A stretch of DNA of 64,000 nucleotides from an uncultured Actinomycetota bacterium (lineage in GTDB: Bacteria; Actinomycetota; Actinomycetes; Actinomycetales; Dermatophilaceae), in NCBI GenBank assembly GCA_963845815.1, contig CAWJTD010000001.1, positions 845,738 through 909,737 on the forward strand, written 5' to 3'. A program made the position numbers and the translations under genes. The notes beneath the pieces are model-generated. The model worked only from the letters and a program-made list of their open reading frames with translations. It did not search any database and was not told the origin of the DNA. Numbering within the stretch: position 1 is the first letter of the stretch; every line of letters begins with the position of its first letter. Positions 10,124 through 19,790 of the stretch are shown here, one piece after another.

Positions 10124-10135
10124 GGTCAATTGACC
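10124..10135. promoter_or_regulatory. Perfect 12-bp palindrome GGTCAATTGACC upstream of ipt (candidate operator)
   Basis: Seen directly in the A/T-richer intergenic region about 130 bp upstream of the ipt start. Confidence 0.4.
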
Positions 10136-10167
10136 ACGTCTTGGCAAGCCGTCAGAAGCCAGCTCAA

Positions 10168-11070
10168 CTAGTCGAGCTGTCGGGGCGCGTCGACGGCGAT
10201 GCGCTCGAAGGCCGCCTGGTCCACGGCGAAGTCGGAGTCGGGAGTCGGCCAGTGGATGACGATCTCGGAGAAGCCGAGGTCCCGATGCCGGCCGGCGAAC
10301 TCGACGAAGGCGTCGACCGACTCCAGCGGGCGGTTCCGGTCGGGGGTGAATCCCGTCAGAAGGATCCGGTCGACCTCGGCCGCGTCCCGGCCGAGCTCCA
10401 CGCACGCCCTGTCGAGCCGGTCGACCTGACCGCGCAGCGCCAGCAGCGACTGCTCGGGGGTCCCTGCCTCGAACAGCGTCGGGTCCCCGGTGGTCACCCA
10501 CGCCTGGCCGTGCCGGGCGGCAAGCCGCAGTCCACGCGGGCCGGTCGCCGCCACCGCGAACGGCACCCGTGGTTGCTGCACACAGCCGGGGAGGTTCCGG
10601 GCCTCGTGGGCGGCATAGAGGCGGCCCTGGCCGGTCACGGCACCTTCGGTGAGGAGCCGGTCCAGCAGCGGCACGAACTCGTCGAACCGGTCCGCCCGCT
10701 CCCGGGCCGACCACGCCTCCTGACCGAGCACGGTGGCGTCGAAGCCGGTTCCGCCAGCACCAATGCCGAGGGTGATCCGTCCTGCGGAGATGTCGTCGAG
10801 CGAAATCAGCTCCTTGGCGAGCGTCACGGGATGCCGGAAGTTCGGCGAGGTGACGAGGGTGCCCAGGCGAAGCCGCCGGGTGACGGCCGCCGCGGCAGTC
10901 AGCGTCGGGATCGCACCGAACCACGACCGGTCGCGGAAGGAACGCCACGAGAGGTGGTCGTAGGTGTATCCGGTGTGAAACCCGAGCTCCTCAGCGCGCA
11001 GCCATGCGGACCGGCCTCCCTCGTGCCAGCGGCGGTACGGAAGGATCACAGTGCTCAGGCGCACGCTCAT
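10168..11070 (-). CDS. LLM-class flavin-dependent oxidoreductase (luciferase-like)
   Basis: [40 protein letters not shown]; start ATG 11070. Confidence 0.9.
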   Translation of the reverse strand: MSVRLSTVILPYRRWHEGGRSAWLRAEELGFHTGYTYDHLSWRSFRDRSWFGAIPTLTAAAAVTRRLRLGTLVTSPNFRHPVTLAKELISLDDISAGRITLGIGAGGTGFDATVLGQEAWSARERADRFDEFVPLLDRLLTEGAVTGQGRLYAAHEARNLPGCVQQPRVPFAVAATGPRGLRLAARHGQAWVTTGDPTLFEAGTPEQSLLALRGQVDRLDRACVELGRDAAEVDRILLTGFTPDRNRPLESVDAFVEFAGRHRDLGFSEIVIHWPTPDSDFAVDQAAFERIAVDAPRQLD

Positions 11071-11176
11071 CTGCCCGAGCGTACGGGCCGTCCTCGACGA
11101 CTCCGGGACGCCCAGGTCGGCATGGACCCGGTTCCGCCGCTGCGCTGAGAAACTGCCGGCTCGTCCGGGAGCGAGC

Positions 11177-12223
11177 TCAGGGCAGCAGCATCGTCTTGAT
11201 CGCGCGGCGCTCATGCATCGCGGCGTACCCCTCGGCGACCTCGGCGAGCGGCAGGGTGAGGTCGAAGACCTGACCGGGGTGGATCTCGCCGGCCAGCACC
11301 CGATCGCGCAGCTCGGGCAGGTACTGGCGCACCGAGGCGACCCCGCCGGCGATCTGGAGGTTCTTCGCGAACAAGGTGCCCATCGGCAGCTCGATCCCGT
11401 GCGGGACCCCGACGTAGCCGATCCGGCCCGCCGGCCGGGTCACCGTGATCGCGGTCTGCATGGCGGCGTCGGTGCCGACGCACTCCAGGGCCGCGTCGAC
11501 GCCCAACCCGTCGGTGAGCGCAAGCACCCGGGCCTGGCCGGCCTCGCCCCGCTCCTCGACGATGTCGGTGGCGCCCCACTGCACGGCCAGCCGCTGCCGC
11601 GGCTCGTGTCGGGACATGACGATGATCCGGTCCGCGCCCATGAGCTTGGCTGCCAGGACTGCCGACAACCCGACGGCTCCGTCGCCGACCACCGCCACCG
11701 TGTCGCCCTGCCGGACCCCGGCGCCGCGCGCGCAGTGCCAGCCGGTGCCCATGACGTCGCTGAGCGCGAGCAGGTCCGGCACCTGCTCGTCGGTCGGGAC
11801 CGTCGGGGTCGAGACCAGGGTGCCGTCGGCCAGTGGCACCCGGACGAGCTCGCCCTGCCCGCCGTCGACCAGCAGGCCGTCGCGGTCCTCGGCGCCGAAC
11901 CAGCCGCCGTTCTCGCAGGACGTGTTGATCCCGTTGCGGCAGTTGCGGCAGGTGTTGTCGCCCCAGCTGAACGGCGAGATGACGAAGTCACCCACCGCGA
12001 GCGTGGACACCTCGTCCCCGAGTGCCTCGACGATGCCGACGAACTCGTGCCCGATCCGGGTGCCGGGCGGGAAGTCACTCTCGCCGCGGTACCGCCACAG
12101 GTCGCTGCCGCAGACGCAGGACGCGGTGACCCGGACGACGGCGTCGGTCGGACGCTGGAGGGCGGGCTCGGCGACGTCGCCGAAACGGATGTCGAAGGGG
12201 GCGTGAAGAGTGGTGGCGCGCAT
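11177..12223 (-). CDS. Zinc-dependent alcohol dehydrogenase (MDR family)
   Basis: [37 protein letters not shown]. Confidence 0.92.
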   Translation of the reverse strand: MRATTLHAPFDIRFGDVAEPALQRPTDAVVRVTASCVCGSDLWRYRGESDFPPGTRIGHEFVGIVEALGDEVSTLAVGDFVISPFSWGDNTCRNCRNGINTSCENGGWFGAEDRDGLLVDGGQGELVRVPLADGTLVSTPTVPTDEQVPDLLALSDVMGTGWHCARGAGVRQGDTVAVVGDGAVGLSAVLAAKLMGADRIIVMSRHEPRQRLAVQWGATDIVEERGEAGQARVLALTDGLGVDAALECVGTDAAMQTAITVTRPAGRIGYVGVPHGIELPMGTLFAKNLQIAGGVASVRQYLPELRDRVLAGEIHPGQVFDLTLPLAEVAEGYAAMHERRAIKTMLLP

Positions 12224-12265
12224 CCGTGCAGTCTGCCGCCTTCCGACGGATGGCACGATGAGGGG

Positions 12266-12643
12266 GTGCCTCCCCGTCGCCGGATCGACCCCGCCGATGG
12301 TCTCGCGGCCCTGACGGTATGCCGGGCAGCCGGCTTCACGGCCGCAGCCACCCCTCGGGCCGTGCTCGCCACCGCGGTGCGGTACACGCTCGAAGAGCTC
12401 GCGCTGCGCTACCCGGGGCGGTCGGTGGAGGTCAGGGTGCCGCCGTTCGGCGCGGTCCAGTGCATCCCGGGGCCGTTGCACAAGCGGGGGACCCCGCCGA
12501 ACGTCCTCGAGACCGATGCGGCCACCTGGCTGGCGCTGGCCAGCGGGGACCTCGGCTGGACGGACGCGATGGCGACCGGTGCGGTCCGGGCCTCGGGCCA
12601 ACGCGCCGACCTGTCCGGCCAGCTTCCCCTGGTTCCCGGCTGA
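12266..12643 (+). CDS. Bacterial sterol carrier protein (SCP) orthologue
   Basis: [31 protein letters not shown]; commonly adjacent to purF in Actinobacteria. Confidence 0.85.
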   Translation: MPPRRRIDPADGLAALTVCRAAGFTAAATPRAVLATAVRYTLEELALRYPGRSVEVRVPPFGAVQCIPGPLHKRGTPPNVLETDAATWLALASGDLGWTDAMATGAVRASGQRADLSGQLPLVPG

Positions 12644-12690
12644 CGCCCTGCGCGAGCTCGCGGCGCGGCCTCGCCTACGCTGGCCCCGTG

Positions 12691-12906
12691 ATGTCCGCAC
12701 CTCGCCGCCGCACCCCGAACTTCAAGCGGTTCCTGATCACCGGCGTGCTCGTCGGCGCCCTGCTCGGCGCCGTGGTCGCGGTCGTCGGGACCCCCGCGTC
12801 GGGTTACGACGCGAGCACCCAGCTGGGGTACTTCGCGGTCATGGGCGCCGGTCTGGGCGCCCTGGTCGCCGGTCTCGTCGCGGTCCTGCTGGACCGGCGC
12901 TCCTGA
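12691..12906 (+). CDS. Small two-TM membrane protein
   Basis: MSAPRRRTPNFKRFLITG..., two hydrophobic helices; TACGCT -10 just upstream. Confidence 0.7.
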   Translation: MSAPRRRTPNFKRFLITGVLVGALLGAVVAVVGTPASGYDASTQLGYFAVMGAGLGALVAGLVAVLLDRRS

Positions 12907-12993
12907 CCGTCGCCGGGCAGCCCCGGCCCCACCGCACCCGGCTGTGCCCCACGACACGGTCGCTGCTGCCTGACCCTGTGAAACACTGAGCCC

Positions 12994-14580
12994 GTGGCAC
13001 GCGGCGATGGACGACTCTCGCACGACCTCAGTCCGGACGAGAAGGGCCCGCAGGACGCCTGCGGGGTATTCGGCGTCTGGGCACCCGGCGAGGATGTCGC
13101 GAAGCTGACCTACTTCGGCCTCTACGCGCTGCAGCACCGCGGCCAGGAGTCGGCGGGCATCGCCACCGGGGACGGCGAGAAGATCCTCGTCTACAAGGAC
13201 ATGGGGCTGGTCAGCCAGGTCTTCGACGAGGCGGCGCTCAACTCGCTGCGCGGTCACCTGGCGATCGGTCACACGCGCTACTCCACCACCGGCGGCTCGA
13301 CCTGGGAGAACGCCCAGCCGACGCTCGGCGGACTGGGCGAGTCCAGCGTCGCGCTGGCCCACAACGGCAACCTGATCAACACCGTGGAGCTGCGCGAGCT
13401 GGTCACCCAGCGACTCGGACTCGGCGCCGGCAAGCTCGGTGAGCTCGGCCGGGGAAACACCTCGGACACCGCCCTGGTGACCACCCTGCTGGCTGCGGAC
13501 CAGGACCGGACCCTGGAGGCGAGCGCGCTGGAGATCCTCCCGCTGCTCAAGGGCGCGTTCTGCTTCGTCTTCATGGACGAGCACGCCCTGTATGCCGCCC
13601 GCGACCCGCACGGCGTGCGCCCCTTGGCGCTCGGCCGGCTGGAGCGCGGCTGGGTCGTCGCCTCCGAGACCGCCGCGCTGCAGACGATCGGTGCCAGCGT
13701 CGTGCGGGAGGTCGAGCCGGGCGAGCTCATCGTCATCGACGAGAACGGCCTGCGCACCCACCAGTTCGCCGAGCCGACACCGAAGGGCTGTGTCTTCGAG
13801 TACGTGTACCTGGCCCGGCCCGACGCCGTCATCCGGGGCCGGGTGGTGCACGAGGCGCGGGTCGAGATGGGACGTCAGCTGGCACGGGAGCACCAGGTCG
13901 ACGCCGACCTGGTCATCGGGGTGCCGGAGTCGGGAGTCCCGGCCGCAGTCGGCTACTCGCAGGAGTCGGGCATCCCGTTCGGCCAGGGCTTCGTCAAGAA
14001 CGCCTACGTCGGCCGCACCTTCATCCAGCCCTCGCAGACCCTGCGACAGCTCGGCATCCGGTTGAAGCTCAACCCGCTCGAGCACACCATCCGGGGCAAG
14101 AAGCTCGTCGTCGTCGATGACTCGATCGTCCGCGGCAACACCCAGCGCGCCCAGATCCGGATGCTTCGCGAGGCCGGGGCCCTGGAGATCCACGTCCGGA
14201 TCTCCAGCCCTCCCGTGCAGTGGCCGTGCTTCTACGGGATCGACTTCGCCACGCGGGCCGAGCTGATCGCGACCGGCCTCGGAGTCGAGGAGATCCGCGC
14301 CTCGATCGGAGCGGACTCGCTCGGGTACATCTCCGAGGCGGGCATGGTGTCGGCGACCGACCAGCCGAGAGCCGAGCTGTGCACCGCCTGCTTCACCGGC
14401 AGCTACCCCATCGAGCTTCCCGAAGACGGACGGATCGGCAAGCACGTGCTCGAGATGCTGCCGATCACGGTGCGCACCGGTCACGACTCGAGCATCGATA
14501 CCTCCGCCTCGTCGAGCGACGCCGATGGGGTGCCCCTCGGAGTGGGAGGCGGCGGCGAGAACGCGCTCCAGCACCCCTGA
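12994..14580 (+). CDS. purF: Amidophosphoribosyltransferase
   Basis: Propeptide ending ..QDA/CGVFG, LQHRGQESAG, GHTRYST, VVVDDSIVRGNT, CTACFTG. Confidence 0.97.
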   Translation: MARGDGRLSHDLSPDEKGPQDACGVFGVWAPGEDVAKLTYFGLYALQHRGQESAGIATGDGEKILVYKDMGLVSQVFDEAALNSLRGHLAIGHTRYSTTGGSTWENAQPTLGGLGESSVALAHNGNLINTVELRELVTQRLGLGAGKLGELGRGNTSDTALVTTLLAADQDRTLEASALEILPLLKGAFCFVFMDEHALYAARDPHGVRPLALGRLERGWVVASETAALQTIGASVVREVEPGELIVIDENGLRTHQFAEPTPKGCVFEYVYLARPDAVIRGRVVHEARVEMGRQLAREHQVDADLVIGVPESGVPAAVGYSQESGIPFGQGFVKNAYVGRTFIQPSQTLRQLGIRLKLNPLEHTIRGKKLVVVDDSIVRGNTQRAQIRMLREAGALEIHVRISSPPVQWPCFYGIDFATRAELIATGLGVEEIRASIGADSLGYISEAGMVSATDQPRAELCTACFTGSYPIELPEDGRIGKHVLEMLPITVRTGHDSSIDTSASSSDADGVPLGVGGGGENALQHP

Positions 14581-14635
14581 CGGCGCCGCGCGGCACCGGC
14601 GCGGAGAGCCCACGGCCCGCCGATAGGCTGTGCCG

Positions 14636-15757
14636 GTGACGAATGACCGCCCCATCACGTACGCCGACTCCGGAGTCGACGTCGAGGCCGGTGACCGGGC
14701 GGTCGAGCTGATGAAGGCGGCCGTCCGCCGTGCTCAGCGGCCCGAGGTCCTCGGCGGCCTCGGCGGCTTCGCGGGGATGTTCGACGCGAGCGCGCTGGGC
14801 CGGATGACCCGACCGGTGCTTGCCACCTCGACCGACGGCATCGGCACCAAGGTCGCGATCGCCCAGGCGCTCGACATCCACGACACGGTGGGGTTCGACC
14901 TGGTCGGCATGGTGGTCGACGACATCGTCGTGTGCGGCGCCGAGCCCCTGTTCATGACCGACTACATCGCCACCGGCAAGGTCGTCCCCGAACGGATCGC
15001 CGCCATCGTCTCCGGCATCGCGGCCGGGTGTGCCCAGGCCGGGGTGGCCCTCGTCGGCGGCGAGACCGCCGAGCACCCGGGGCTGCTCGAGCCGGACGAG
15101 TACGACGTGGCAGGCGCCGCCACGGGCGTGGTCGAGCATGCCGAGATCCTCGGGCCGGAGCGGGTGGCCGACGGCGACGTGCTGATCGGGCTCGCCTCGA
15201 GCGGACTGCACTCGAACGGCTACTCGCTGGTGCGCCGGGTCATCGCCTCGGCCGGGTGGAAGCTCGACCGCCACGTCCCCGAGCTCGGCTGCACCCTCGG
15301 CGAGGAGCTCCTTCGCCCGACCCGGGTGTATGCCGCGGACCTGCTGGCCCTGATCCGCACCGACGGGGTCGACGTGCACGCGCTCAGCCATGTCACCGGC
15401 GGCGGGCTCGCGGCCAACCTCGCTCGCGTCCTGCCGCCTGGCATGTTCGCCCGGGTGGACCGCTCGACGTGGACGCCGGCTCCGATCTTCTCGATGGTCG
15501 GCGAGCTCGGCCACGTCCCGCGGACCGACCTCGAGCGGACCCTCAACATGGGGGTCGGGTTCGTCGTGGTCCTGCCTGCGGAGCAGGCCGAGCTGGTGAT
15601 CGCCACGGCAGGTGCCCACGGCATCCCGGCCTGGTCGATGGGCGAGGTCCGTGCGTTGGCGGACGTCTCACCCCAGCACGGGGTCGAAACCGTCAGCGGG
15701 GCCAAGGGCGTCGACGGAGGCACGGTTCAGCTGGTCGGGGAGCACCCGCAGCGCTGA
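14636..15757 (+). CDS. purM: AIR synthase (phosphoribosylformylglycinamidine cyclo-ligase)
   Basis: TYADSGVD, GLGGFAGMF, TDGIGTK, GGETAEHPG, SSGLHSNGYSL; TAGGCT at 14624-14629 then GTG 14636 (leaderless). Confidence 0.96.
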   Translation: MTNDRPITYADSGVDVEAGDRAVELMKAAVRRAQRPEVLGGLGGFAGMFDASALGRMTRPVLATSTDGIGTKVAIAQALDIHDTVGFDLVGMVVDDIVVCGAEPLFMTDYIATGKVVPERIAAIVSGIAAGCAQAGVALVGGETAEHPGLLEPDEYDVAGAATGVVEHAEILGPERVADGDVLIGLASSGLHSNGYSLVRRVIASAGWKLDRHVPELGCTLGEELLRPTRVYAADLLALIRTDGVDVHALSHVTGGGLAANLARVLPPGMFARVDRSTWTPAPIFSMVGELGHVPRTDLERTLNMGVGFVVVLPAEQAELVIATAGAHGIPAWSMGEVRALADVSPQHGVETVSGAKGVDGGTVQLVGEHPQR

Positions 15758-15856
15758 ACGGCCGCTCCGAGGCAGCAGCAGATGGACCTCCCGGTCATCC
15801 GGAAAGCCGCGCGCCCACGAGGGACGTATGAGGTGACTCAGGGCTGAGGGCGAGCG

Positions 15857-16057
15857 TCACCGCTCGCCGGAGGCCCACTTTCCGTACTCGTCGTAGTCCA
15901 CACTCTCGTCGAGATCAGAGGCGCGCTCCGGCTCTCGCCGGGTCGTGGTGGACCCGTGTAGTTCTCGCTCAAGCGCGCTCAAGTCCGTGTCGGGAGAGAA
16001 GTACTTCAGCTCCCGAGCGACCTTGGTCTGCTTGGCCTTCGCCCGGCCGCGCCCCAT
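15857..16057 (-). CDS. DUF3073 domain protein
   Basis: MGRGRAKAKQTKVARELKY signature; convergent with purM, as is usual. Confidence 0.93.
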   Translation of the reverse strand: MGRGRAKAKQTKVARELKYFSPDTDLSALERELHGSTTTRREPERASDLDESVDYDEYGKWASGER

Positions 16058-16230
16058 GGCGTGACCCCCTCATGCGTCTGCCGGGGCGGCATCATTCAGG
16101 TCGCAGAACACTCGGTTCGACGACATTCGCGGAGCGGCCCCGGGAATCGTGTGTATTCGTGGTGCTAACGCTACCTCAGCGCTGCCCATTCCGCGTAGCC
16201 CGACCCTCCGCGAGCGGCGGCGGAGCGCAC

Positions 16231-17322
16231 TCAGGACCTCGGCAGCCAGATACCGCCCGGGGTTGCTGCCCCGATCCGTTCCTCGGCGAGGTGGTCGGCC
16301 GCGTCGGCGGGCGTGATCCCGCGCTGGTCGGCGGTCTCCAGGACGCGTCGGGTGGCCTCGAAGATCCCCGCAGTCCGTTGTCTGGCCCGCTCGAAGTCGA
16401 AACCGTGCAGCTCGTCGGAGACCTGGATCACCCCACCCGCGTTCACCAGGTAGTCGGGGGCGTACGCGATGCCGCGCTCCCGGAGCCGGTCCGCGGTGCC
16501 GCCCACCCCCTCGGTCACCAGCTGGTTGTTGGCGGCGCCGCAGACGATTCGGGCGGTCAACCGCTCGACGGTCGCCTCGTCGAGCGCTCCGCCGAGGGCA
16601 CACGGGGCGTACACGTCGAGGCGGGAGCCGGTCAACGCGGTGACGCTCTCGGCGACCTCGATCTCGGGATGCCGGGCCACGAGGGCCTCCACCGCGTCCC
16701 GGTTGACGTCGCACACGACGACGCGGGCCCCGTCCTCGAGCAGCTGCGCCGCCAGCAGGCGGCCCACCTTGCCGACCCCGGCGATCCCCACCGTCCGTGC
16801 GCGGAGGCTGGGCTCACCCCAGGCGTGCTCGGCACACGCGCGCATGCCCTGGAACACCCCGTAGGCAGTCAGCACGCTCGAGTCGCCGGCTCCACCCCTC
16901 GCCTCGGACCGACCGGTGGCGAACCGGGTCGTCTCGGACACCACGTCCATGTCGGCGACGTAGGTGCCGACGTCACAGGCGGTCACGTAGCGGCCGCCGA
17001 GGCTCTCGACGAACCGTCCATAGGCCCGGAGCAGCTCCGGTGTCTTGTCGGTCAACGGGTTTCCGATGATCACGGCCTTGCCCCCGCCGTGGTCCAGACC
17101 CGCCAGGGAGTTCTTGTAGGCCATGCCCTTGGAGAGCCGCAGCACGTCCGCCAGAGCCTCGTCCTCGGTGGCATACGGGTAGAAACGGGTTCCTCCGAGG
17201 CCTGGGCCGAGGGCGGTGTTGTACAGGCCGATGATCGCCCGGAGGCCGGTCGGCTCGTCGTGGCAGAAGGCGACCTGCTCGTGGGTGAACGGCGTGGGGT
17301 GGCCGTCGGTCGACCCGGTCAT
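16231..17322 (-). CDS. vdh: Leu/Phe/Val dehydrogenase
   Basis: [44 protein letters not shown]. Confidence 0.92.
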   Translation of the reverse strand: MTGSTDGHPTPFTHEQVAFCHDEPTGLRAIIGLYNTALGPGLGGTRFYPYATEDEALADVLRLSKGMAYKNSLAGLDHGGGKAVIIGNPLTDKTPELLRAYGRFVESLGGRYVTACDVGTYVADMDVVSETTRFATGRSEARGGAGDSSVLTAYGVFQGMRACAEHAWGEPSLRARTVGIAGVGKVGRLLAAQLLEDGARVVVCDVNRDAVEALVARHPEIEVAESVTALTGSRLDVYAPCALGGALDEATVERLTARIVCGAANNQLVTEGVGGTADRLRERGIAYAPDYLVNAGGVIQVSDELHGFDFERARQRTAGIFEATRRVLETADQRGITPADAADHLAEERIGAATPGGIWLPRS

Positions 17323-17587
17323 GCGGAGGCTCCGATCGTGGCGGGGGTGGGGTCGCGCTGGTGGCGCTCGGGACCAACCCTAGTGACGGCTGTGCTGCTC
17401 GCTCCGATTGCCTCAAAAGACCTCTTCGCCCCGGAATGTGGGTGCAGAATGTCCGATAAATCCCGTTACGAGGGATCGAAGTTCACAAAATCCCCCGTTT
17501 CGCTGATTGGTCAAGTAGTTTGGTGTTTGGGGAAACGAGCACTCGGTGGGGGCACCGATGCGAGTTAAGAGAATGCGGGGTTGGGTA

Positions 17588-17779
17588 ATGGCCATGTCCA
17601 TGCACGGACACGATCATGAGAAGTTGTTGACACCTGCGGAGGTTGCGGAGATGTTCCGGGTGGACCCGAAGACGGTCACCCGGTGGGCCAAGGCAGGGAA
17701 GCTGACGGCGATCCGGACGCTAGGCGGTCACCGTCGGTACTTCGAGAGCGAGGTCAGCCGACTGCTCGGCATGCACTGA
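17588..17779 (+). CDS. bldC: BldC family MerR-like transcriptional regulator
   Basis: LLTPAEVAEMFRVDPKTVTRWAKAGKLTAIRTLGGHRRY. Confidence 0.93.
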   Translation: MAMSMHGHDHEKLLTPAEVAEMFRVDPKTVTRWAKAGKLTAIRTLGGHRRYFESEVSRLLGMH

Positions 17780-17919
17780 GTCCGGGGTTGTCTGGTGGCG
17801 GTGTTTCAGCCACCTGCGCGGGCCCGAGACCTCGGTCCGCCGCAGGTGCCCTGACCTGGGGGTGACAGACACGTCGCCCCTTGCGCCGGTCCGGCTACCG
17901 TGGGCTCTACGCTGAGCCG

Positions 17920-19206
17920 GTGAACCAGAGAGCGGACCACCGGAGCGCCACGTCGTCGAGCGCTCCGCGGACGACCAGCGAGGGGCGACCCCTGTGGATC
18001 GCCATCACCTCGGGCAGCGCCAAGCGCACCGCGGTGACCGTGCTGCTGCTCGTGGTCGCGCTGTGGGTCGGCTCCTGGATGTTCGGCGCGCTCAGCTCGT
18101 TCCTGTTCCTGCTGCTGATCTCCTGGCTGATCTCGATCGCCATGGAGCCACCGGTGATCTGGCTGACCCAGCACGGGGTGCGCAAGCGTGGGCTGGCGAC
18201 CGCCATCGTCATGGTCGTCATGCTGCTCCTGGTGAGCGCGACGATGGGCCTGTTCGGTCAGCTCTTCGTCTCCCAGGCCTCCGAGCTGAGCCAGCAGTTC
18301 CCGCAGGCGGTCAAATCCGCGCTCGACTGGGCCAACTCGACCTTCCAGACCGAGTTCGACGTCAGCAAGATCCAGGCGGCCCTCAACCTCTCGCCGGACA
18401 AGATCGGGGATCTCGCGGGCCGTTACGGCGGCGGCATCCTCGGCGTGTTCGGTTCGCTGCTGACGTTCATCTTCGACGCGGTGACGATCCTCGTCTTCAC
18501 CTACTACCTCTCGGCGGACAGCCCGAAGCTGCGCCAGGCCATCGGGTCGTGGTTGCACCCGCGTTACCAGAAGATCCTCACCACCGTCTGGACGATCGCC
18601 GTCGAGAAGACCGGTGGTTACGTCATCTCGAAGGTCCTCCTGGCCGGGCTCTCGGCGGCCTTCCACTCGCTGTTCTTCTGGTTCATCGACGTGCCGTTCT
18701 GGTTGCCGCTGGGCATCCTCGCCGGCATCGTCGGTCAGTTCATCCCCACCATCGGCACCTACATCGGGGTGCTGTTGCCGGCGTTCTTCGCCCTGCTCGA
18801 CGACCCGATCGACGCGGTCTGGATCGCGCTGTTCGCCACGGTGTACCAGCAGCTGGAGAACTACGTCTTCACCCCGAAGGTCAGCAAGCGGACGATGGAC
18901 ATCCATCCCGCCATCGCGCTCGGCTCGGTCTTCGTCGGGGTGGCACTGTTCGGGCCGATCGGGGCACTGATCGGGATCCCGGTGGCTGCCGCAGCCCTGA
19001 CCATCACCGACACCTTCCGTCGCCGTTTCGAGCTGCTGCCGGAGCTGGCCGAGCTCGAGGACGAGCCACACCCCGACCCGGTCATCGCGACGTCGGACGG
19101 CGCGAGAGGCGCATCGGAGGACGACACCAAGGCCGCGGCCGCCGGGTCGCGAGCCGACGAGAAGCAGGCGGATCCGCCGAAGGCCGACGGGCCCACGCCG
19201 GGCTAG
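17920..19206 (+). CDS. AI-2E family transporter
   Basis: Multi-TM; FIPTIGTYIG, QQLENYVFTPK, FGPIGALIGIP; TACGCT -10 at 17908-17913. Confidence 0.9.
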   Translation: MNQRADHRSATSSSAPRTTSEGRPLWIAITSGSAKRTAVTVLLLVVALWVGSWMFGALSSFLFLLLISWLISIAMEPPVIWLTQHGVRKRGLATAIVMVVMLLLVSATMGLFGQLFVSQASELSQQFPQAVKSALDWANSTFQTEFDVSKIQAALNLSPDKIGDLAGRYGGGILGVFGSLLTFIFDAVTILVFTYYLSADSPKLRQAIGSWLHPRYQKILTTVWTIAVEKTGGYVISKVLLAGLSAAFHSLFFWFIDVPFWLPLGILAGIVGQFIPTIGTYIGVLLPAFFALLDDPIDAVWIALFATVYQQLENYVFTPKVSKRTMDIHPAIALGSVFVGVALFGPIGALIGIPVAAAALTITDTFRRRFELLPELAELEDEPHPDPVIATSDGARGASEDDTKAAAAGSRADEKQADPPKADGPTPG

Positions 19207-19790
19207 TGCCGGTGCAGGTTGTCCGGCTGGCTGGAGTCGCCGGGGTGCTCGAGGCCGGGGACCAGCTCGACGCGTTCGTGCAGGGCTCCGGCGAGCCAGC
19301 GGGAGAACTCGTCCAGCCGGCTGGACACCAGCAGCTCCTCCATGCTCCAGGCCGGGTCGCCGGTGTCGGTGGCCCCGAGCCGTGTCGCGCGCTCGATGGT
19401 CGCCGACGGCAGACGGACGTCTCGAGTGACCTCAAGGGCGGCCGTTCGCACGGCAGCGTGTCCGGACCACGCGGCCGCGACGATCGAGCCGAGGGCCACG
19501 GCGTCGGTGCGCGACGGCATACCCGGCGGCGGCTCTCCTCGCCAGTCGATGCCCCGCTCGGCGAGCTCGTCGACGCAGAGGCGCTCGACGATCATCACCT
19601 GGGTCACCCACCGACGCAGCTGGCGCGCCTCGCGGGTGTTCTCGGCCGGCAGGACGCAGGCCCGGTCATCGGCGCGTAGCCGGGCCAGTCGCAGGTCGAG
19701 CTCCTCGACGGGGACCGGCCGCCCGTTCACCCAGGCGGCGACGCGGTCGAGCGGCGGGTGCCCGAGGGTTCGTACGCCGGCTGGGCTCAC
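19203..19790 (-). CDS. Rv0649 ('FabD2')-like hypothetical protein, SurA-N-like
   Basis: RQLRRWVTQ..I.ERL and C-terminal EHPGD..QPDN.HRH, as recalled for M. tuberculosis Rv0649; GTGA overlap with upstream mannosidase. Confidence 0.7.
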   Translation of the reverse strand: MSPAGVRTLGHPPLDRVAAWVNGRPVPVEELDLRLARLRADDRACVLPAENTREARQLRRWVTQVMIVERLCVDELAERGIDWRGEPPPGMPSRTDAVALGSIVAAAWSGHAAVRTAALEVTRDVRLPSATIERATRLGATDTGDPAWSMEELLVSSRLDEFSRWLAGALHERVELVPGLEHPGDSSQPDNLHRH

